DNA from: an uncultured Clostridia bacterium | Lineage (GTDB): Bacteria > Bacillota > Clostridia > Christensenellales > DTU072 | Reading direction: 5' to 3' | Assembly: GCA_944349655.1 (NCBI GenBank) | Contig: CALVNL010000002.1 | Coordinates: forward strand, 5,721-69,720 | Length of the DNA: 64,000 nt | In this document: piece by piece, positions 59,546 through 64,000 of the stretch | How the letters are laid out: the number at the start of each line of letters is the position of its first letter | Numbering within the stretch: the first letter of the stretch is position 1 | Position numbers and translations under genes: made by a program | The notes under the pieces: model-generated | The model's input: only the letters and a program-made list of their open reading frames with translations | The model's database searches: none | What the model was told of the DNA's origin: nothing

Positions 59546-60214
59546 TTATTTTTGAAGATAGGCTTTACTGGCTTCTTGTTCGGCACTTTTGATATTGCCG
59601 CCTTTACCTATGGATTTTTTTTCTCCGTTTATATAGAGTTCTACCGTAAAAACGGGCTTATTGTCGTGTACGGTCTTATCGGAAACGACAAAGGAAATCT
59701 CCTTATTTTCCCGTGAACATAATTCGTAAAGACGAGATTTATAATCTTTGGATCGTAAATTTATATGATTAAAAAGGAAACGTTTCAAAAATTCCGTGGC
59801 CTGTTCGAGTTTTCCGTCGTTATCGACGACTATCGCCCCTACTACGGCTTCGAAAAGGTCGCATCTTGCTTTAATCGACGTGCGGAAATTTTCTTGTGCG
59901 TTACCCGAACCGGTCCTTATATAACGCACTATATCCATTTCGTCCACTACTCCTGCTATGGTGTTTCGGTCAACGGTACCGGCTCTTATCTTGGAAAGCT
60001 GACCTTCGGAATAAGACGGATAGGTCTGATAAAGATCCAATGCCGTAATAAACCCGAGCGCAGCGTCTCCCAAAAATTCCAATCTTTCGTAACTGGAAAC
60101 GTTACGATGTTCGTTTGAGTAAGATGAATGGGTAAAAGCTCTCAGTAATAATTCCTTATTTCTGAAAGAATATCCGATTTTATTTTCAATTTCGATAATA
60201 TCGTTATTTTCCAA
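59546..60214 (-). CDS. rnc: Ribonuclease III
   Basis: It has the signature ERLEFLGDAAL and a C-terminal dsRBD (GGNIKSAEQEASKAYL). Confidence 0.95.
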   Translation of the reverse strand: MENNDIIEIENKIGYSFRNKELLLRAFTHSSYSNEHRNVSSYERLEFLGDAALGFITALDLYQTYPSYSEGQLSKIRAGTVDRNTIAGVVDEMDIVRYIRTGSGNAQENFRTSIKARCDLFEAVVGAIVVDNDGKLEQATEFLKRFLFNHINLRSKDYKSRLYELCSRENKEISFVVSDKTVHDNKPVFTVELYINGEKKSIGKGGNIKSAEQEASKAYLQK

Positions 60215-61208
60215 AATTAAGTTCTTCCCTTATTTTATCGACCACTCCGCTGTCAATCATCTGCTTTGCCTGCAAAATAGAATTACAGATAGCTTTTGCC
60301 TTGGAACTGCCGTGACTTTTGACTACAATTTTCTCCAATCCGAGTAATACGGCTCCGCCGTTATCGTTATAGTCCATTTTCTTTTTTACGCCCTTAAATA
60401 CGGGTTTAAGCAAAAGATATCCTATTTTTGCTCTTAAGCCGCCTGCGTATATTCCTTCTTTTATAAGGCTGAACATAGCAAGAGCCGTACCTTCACAGGC
60501 TTTTAAGGCGATATTTCCCGAAAACCCGTCGGCTACCACCACGTCGGCGTCTCCGCTCAGAATTTCTCTCGCTTCCATATTTCCTATAAAGTTAACTCCG
60601 CTTTCTTTTATCAGCGGGAAAGCTTCTTTATTAAGCGTATTTCCCTTTTTGTCTTCCGTTCCGTTGCTTAACAGAGCCACTTTAGGTTCCGAAACTCCGA
60701 AAACGCATTTTGCAAAAGCACTGCCCATCTGCGCAAACTGCACTAGATTGGAGGCCTTTGGTTCTACGTTTGCGCCACAATCGATAAGCAAAACGTTTTT
60801 ATCGGTAACTGTCGGCAATACCGGACTTAAAGCCGGACGGTTAATGCCTCTTATTCTTTTCAAAAGAAGTACCGCAGCCGTCAGAACCGCACCCGTACTA
60901 CCTGCCGAAACAAAACCTTTGGCATCGGGATCGGAATTGAGATAATCCATAGCCACATTTATGGAAGAGTTGCGTTTGGTCCTTATTGCTTCGGTAGGAA
61001 CGTCGTCGTTGGTAATGACCTCTTCTGCGTCGCAAATCTCTATTCTCGACATGTCGACTTCGTTTTCCGCAACGTACTTTTCGATTACGTCTTTACGTCC
61101 GCAAAGCACGAGTTCGAAACCTTGTTCGACTTCCAAAGCTGCCTTGGCGCCTTTCAAAATCTCCTCGGGTGCGTTATCTCCTCCGAAAACGTCCAGTACT
61201 ATTTTCAT
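60204..61208 (-). CDS. plsX: Phosphate acyltransferase PlsX
   Basis: Contains MKIVLDVFGGDNAP and VVADGFSGNIALK. Confidence 0.95.
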   Translation of the reverse strand: MKIVLDVFGGDNAPEEILKGAKAALEVEQGFELVLCGRKDVIEKYVAENEVDMSRIEICDAEEVITNDDVPTEAIRTKRNSSINVAMDYLNSDPDAKGFVSAGSTGAVLTAAVLLLKRIRGINRPALSPVLPTVTDKNVLLIDCGANVEPKASNLVQFAQMGSAFAKCVFGVSEPKVALLSNGTEDKKGNTLNKEAFPLIKESGVNFIGNMEAREILSGDADVVVADGFSGNIALKACEGTALAMFSLIKEGIYAGGLRAKIGYLLLKPVFKGVKKKMDYNDNGGAVLLGLEKIVVKSHGSSKAKAICNSILQAKQMIDSGVVDKIREELNFGK

Positions 61209-61290
61209 ACAACCTCCGCTTTTTTATACAAGAAATAGAGGAAATACATTCCTCTACTCCGTACAAAATTCAAATACTTGACAAAATTTA

Positions 61291-61479
61291 TTATTCTTTG
61301 TCTTCCTTGGGCAAAACAACGGGTTTACCATTATAGTAACCGCATTTGGGGCAAACTTCGTGGCTCTTTTTGAGTTCGTGGCACTGGGGGCATTCGGACA
61401 AATTGAGCGGAGCGAGTTTCCAGTTTGCGAAACGTTTATTCCCTCTTTGTTTGGATACTTTACACTTTGGTACTGCCAT
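61291..61479 (-). CDS. rpmF: 50S ribosomal protein L32
   Basis: It starts MAVPKCKVSKQRGNKR and has the zinc ribbon CPQCHE...CPKCG. Confidence 0.95.
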   Translation of the reverse strand: MAVPKCKVSKQRGNKRFANWKLAPLNLSECPQCHELKKSHEVCPKCGYYNGKPVVLPKEDKE

Positions 61480-61520
61480 ATGGCACCTCCTGATAATTCA
61501 TCGATTGACTACGCTTGATA

Positions 61521-61549
61521 ATTATATAGATTTATCGGCTGTTTGTCAA
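61521..61549 (-). promoter_or_regulatory. Consensus sigma-A promoter for rpmF-plsX-rnc
   Basis: On the minus strand, TTGACA (61549..61544), a 17-nt spacer and TATAAT (61526..61521). Confidence 0.7.
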
Positions 61550-61571
61550 CTCAATTTTAGGATATTTTACT

Positions 61572-62768
61572 TTATTTGGCGGTTAAGCGGACTGCGTCTC
61601 TCGCAATAACCAATTCTTCGTTGGTTTTAATGATGAGAACTTTTATTTTACTTCCGGGTTTGGAAACTTCCACTACAGGTTCGGTGAAAAATTGATTGTT
61701 CTTTTCGTAATCGAAGTCAATACCCAAAAATTCCAATCCGTTCATAATTGCCGCTCTGCCCTGAATACTGTTTTCGCCTATGCCTCCTGTCAATACTATG
61801 CAATCGACTCCGCCGAGAGCTACATAATAGCTTCCGATATATTTACGGATTCTGTAAGCGAACATCTTGACGGCGAGTTTTGCTTTTTCATTACCTGCCG
61901 CGGCAAGTTCGTTTACTTTTCGGAAGTCGCTTTCATCGCAAATGCCCTTAAATCCGCTTTTCTTGTTGAGAATGTTCAGTACTTCGGATACGCTTATATT
62001 GTGACATTGCGCCATAAACTCCACTACGGCGGGATCTACGTCGCCGCTTCTCGTTCCCATAATTACGCCTTCGAGCGGAGTAAGTCCCATAGAGGTATCG
62101 ATGCATTTCCCGTCCTTAACGGCGCTTATGGAACTTCCGTTCCCGAGATGACAGGTTATAATACGGGCTTTGTCGGTTCCGAGATAATCCATCGCTACTC
62201 CCGTAACGTATTTATGACTGGTTCCGTGGAAACCGTATTTACGGATTTTATAATTTTCGTAATCATCGTAAGGAATTGCATACATAAAAGCGTGTTTAGG
62301 CATCGTACGATGGAAACCGGTGTCGAAAACGGCTACCATAGGAGTCCCCGGCATAACTTCTTCGCAGGACTCTATACAAGCGATATTCGCCGGCATATGG
62401 AGGGGTCCGAGGACGGAATTTTTCTTGCATATTCCGATGACTTCGTCGTCTATAAGTACACTGTCGTTAAAATCCTCTCCGGAATGAAGTACTCTATGCC
62501 CTACAGCGCCTATTTCTTTTACCGAAGAAATAACCCCGTGCTCTTTATCGGTAACCATATCGATAACCGTCTGCAAAGCTTCGGTATGATTGGAAATAAC
62601 TTTTTTCACTACTACATCTTTTTTCCCGGGGACCTTATGACAAAGATTGGAATCCTTCATTCCTACATTTTCCACAAGTCCTTTGCATATCATCTGCTCG
62701 TTATCCATATCTATTATCTGATATTTCAAAGAGGAGCTGCCTGCGTTAATAACCAATACTTTCATCAT
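61572..62768 (-). CDS. ackA: Acetate kinase
   Basis: Contains KVLVINAGSSSLKYQ, GHRVLHSG, YGFHGTSH and TGGIGENS. Confidence 0.97.
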   Translation of the reverse strand: MMKVLVINAGSSSLKYQIIDMDNEQMICKGLVENVGMKDSNLCHKVPGKKDVVVKKVISNHTEALQTVIDMVTDKEHGVISSVKEIGAVGHRVLHSGEDFNDSVLIDDEVIGICKKNSVLGPLHMPANIACIESCEEVMPGTPMVAVFDTGFHRTMPKHAFMYAIPYDDYENYKIRKYGFHGTSHKYVTGVAMDYLGTDKARIITCHLGNGSSISAVKDGKCIDTSMGLTPLEGVIMGTRSGDVDPAVVEFMAQCHNISVSEVLNILNKKSGFKGICDESDFRKVNELAAAGNEKAKLAVKMFAYRIRKYIGSYYVALGGVDCIVLTGGIGENSIQGRAAIMNGLEFLGIDFDYEKNNQFFTEPVVEVSKPGSKIKVLIIKTNEELVIARDAVRLTAK

Positions 62769-62775
62769 AACCTCC

Positions 62776-63777
62776 TTATTCGCACTGTAAAGCCGTCATA
62801 GCGACTACGCCTACCACGTCTTCAACCGAACAGCCGCGGCTGAGGTCGTTTACCGGACGTGCAAATCCCTGACAAATGGGACCGACGGCTTCGGCTCCTG
62901 CCAGTCGCTGAACGAGTTTGTATCCGATATTACCGGACTGAAGATCGGGGAATATCAAAACGTTGGCTTTTCCGGCTACATTGCTTCCCGGGGCCTTGAG
63001 CATACCTACGCTGCCCACCAAAGCGGCGTCCGCCTGCAATTCTCCGTCGCAGCAAAGTTCGGGGTGCGTCTCTTTGACGATTTCGGCGGCCTTACGAACT
63101 TTATCGACAAATTCGTGTTTTGCGCTTCCCTTGGTGGAGAAACTTAAAAGAGCGACTTTAGGTTCTTCGATATCGGCGATTTTCTTCGCGCTGTCTGCGC
63201 TAGCGACTGCTATATCAGCCAACTGCTCGGAAGTGGGATTCGGGTTTACGGCACAATCTCCGAAAACCAAAACACCGCCCTGTCCGTATTTAGTCCCGAC
63301 GGAATTGTCCGGCATACTCATAACGAAACAGCTGCTTACGGTAGATACGCCGGGTTTTGTTTTGATAATCTGCAAAGCGGGGCGTAAAACGTCGCCGGTA
63401 GGACTGATGGATCCTGCCACCATACCGTCTGCGTCGCCTGCCTTTACCATAAGAGAACCGAAATACAACGGGTTGTTTCTGACCAGCTTTTCAGCCTGTT
63501 CCATGGTCATACCCTTAGCTTTACGCAATTCATACAGAAGTTCGATGTAAGAAGCGGTCTTTTCGCTTGTTGCCGGGTCTATTATTTCGATATTCCCGAG
63601 TTCGCCGGCTTTCGCTTCGATTACGTCTTTACGTCCGATAAGAGTAATACTTGCGATTTTGCTTTCCGCAATAATTTTTGCGGCGTTGATAATTCTTAAT
63701 TCTTCTCCTTCGGCTAAAACGATATGCTTATTCAAAGCAACTGCTTTTGAATAAACCTTTTCCATAAGTTTAGACAC
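62776..63777 (-). CDS. pta: Phosphate acetyltransferase
   Basis: It has a PTA_PTB domain ([29 protein letters not shown]). The GTG start at 63777 lies 4 nt after GGGAGGG. Confidence 0.93.
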   Translation of the reverse strand: MSKLMEKVYSKAVALNKHIVLAEGEELRIINAAKIIAESKIASITLIGRKDVIEAKAGELGNIEIIDPATSEKTASYIELLYELRKAKGMTMEQAEKLVRNNPLYFGSLMVKAGDADGMVAGSISPTGDVLRPALQIIKTKPGVSTVSSCFVMSMPDNSVGTKYGQGGVLVFGDCAVNPNPTSEQLADIAVASADSAKKIADIEEPKVALLSFSTKGSAKHEFVDKVRKAAEIVKETHPELCCDGELQADAALVGSVGMLKAPGSNVAGKANVLIFPDLQSGNIGYKLVQRLAGAEAVGPICQGFARPVNDLSRGCSVEDVVGVVAMTALQCE

Positions 63778-63903
63778 TTTACCCTCCCTGATTTGCTTTT
63801 TTTTAATATAATGATATAATAAATATGTTACTTAGTTAATTATACTCTTTCTGCGGAAGAAATCAAGCAGAAAAATAAACAGTTCAAGGAAAAACCCTGT
63901 CAA

Positions 63904-64000
63904 ATGAAAACGGTTGCGATAATTTGTGAATACAATCCTTTTACTAACGGACATCTACGTCATATGCTTGCTGCCAAGGAAGAAACCGGCGCCGATACCG
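63904..64000 (+). CDS. tmcAL: tRNA(Met) cytidine acetate ligase / YlbM-type nucleotidyltransferase (N-terminal fragment; continues beyond window)
   Basis: The manual translation MKTVAIICEYNPFTNGHLRHMLAAKEETGADT matches the EYNPFHNGH N-terminus of the family. The frame is open to the window end. Confidence 0.7.
   Translation, partial: MKTVAIICEYNPFTNGHLRHMLAAKEETGADT

Noticed and set aside
61692-62801. 369-aa plus-strand ORF
   Set aside because: It is antisense to acetate kinase, whose motifs are unambiguous. I treated it as a shadow ORF.

Overview
This 64 kb window is a gene-dense, mostly minus-strand stretch of chromosomal core from a low-to-moderate-GC Bacillota genome. It is most likely class Clostridia, judging by the SCIFF peptide system, DapL-type lysine biosynthesis, a CIRCE/hrcA heat-shock operon and pta-ackA-rpmF-plsX synteny. 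All calls rest on motif recognition in the supplied translations and on reading intergenic DNA by eye. No database search was run.

In order, the window contains:
- secF (partial) and secD; the SCIFF maturase plus an unlisted 56-aa SCIFF precursor; a TIGR04086 membrane protein; yajC-tgt-queA-ruvBAC.
- A NitT/TauT-type ABC importer headed by a TM1266-like ACT protein with an attenuator-like leader, and an orphan ABC pseudo-ATPase.
- A TPP riboswitch upstream of a ThiT fusion.
- pgi, a TIM-barrel isomerase, hpf, a Clp ATPase lacking a middle domain, and galU.
- Two tandem tRNA-Leu genes, an anion permease and a D-2-hydroxyacid dehydrogenase.
- A five-gene operon of unknown function: SCP2-like protein, HemL-like aminotransferase, split transketolase, SCP2-like paralog.
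- dat-alr, an M28 peptidase and degV.
- lacZ-patatin-EIIC_2-polA-coaE-dinB.
- A Na/Pi transporter, purA, dapL-dapF, and dnaG-rpoD-trmK-nif3-Zn-ribbon.
- rpsU, a HIT protein, hrcA-grpE-dnaK-dnaJ-prmA-rsmE-mtaB, pta-ackA, rpmF-plsX-rnc, and the start of tmcAL.

I saw no CRISPR array, transposase, integrase or prophage signature. The most interesting items are the transketolase/aminotransferase/SCP2-like operon, the missed SCIFF precursor, the degenerate ABC ATPase and the unclassified leader of the TM1266-like/ABC operon.
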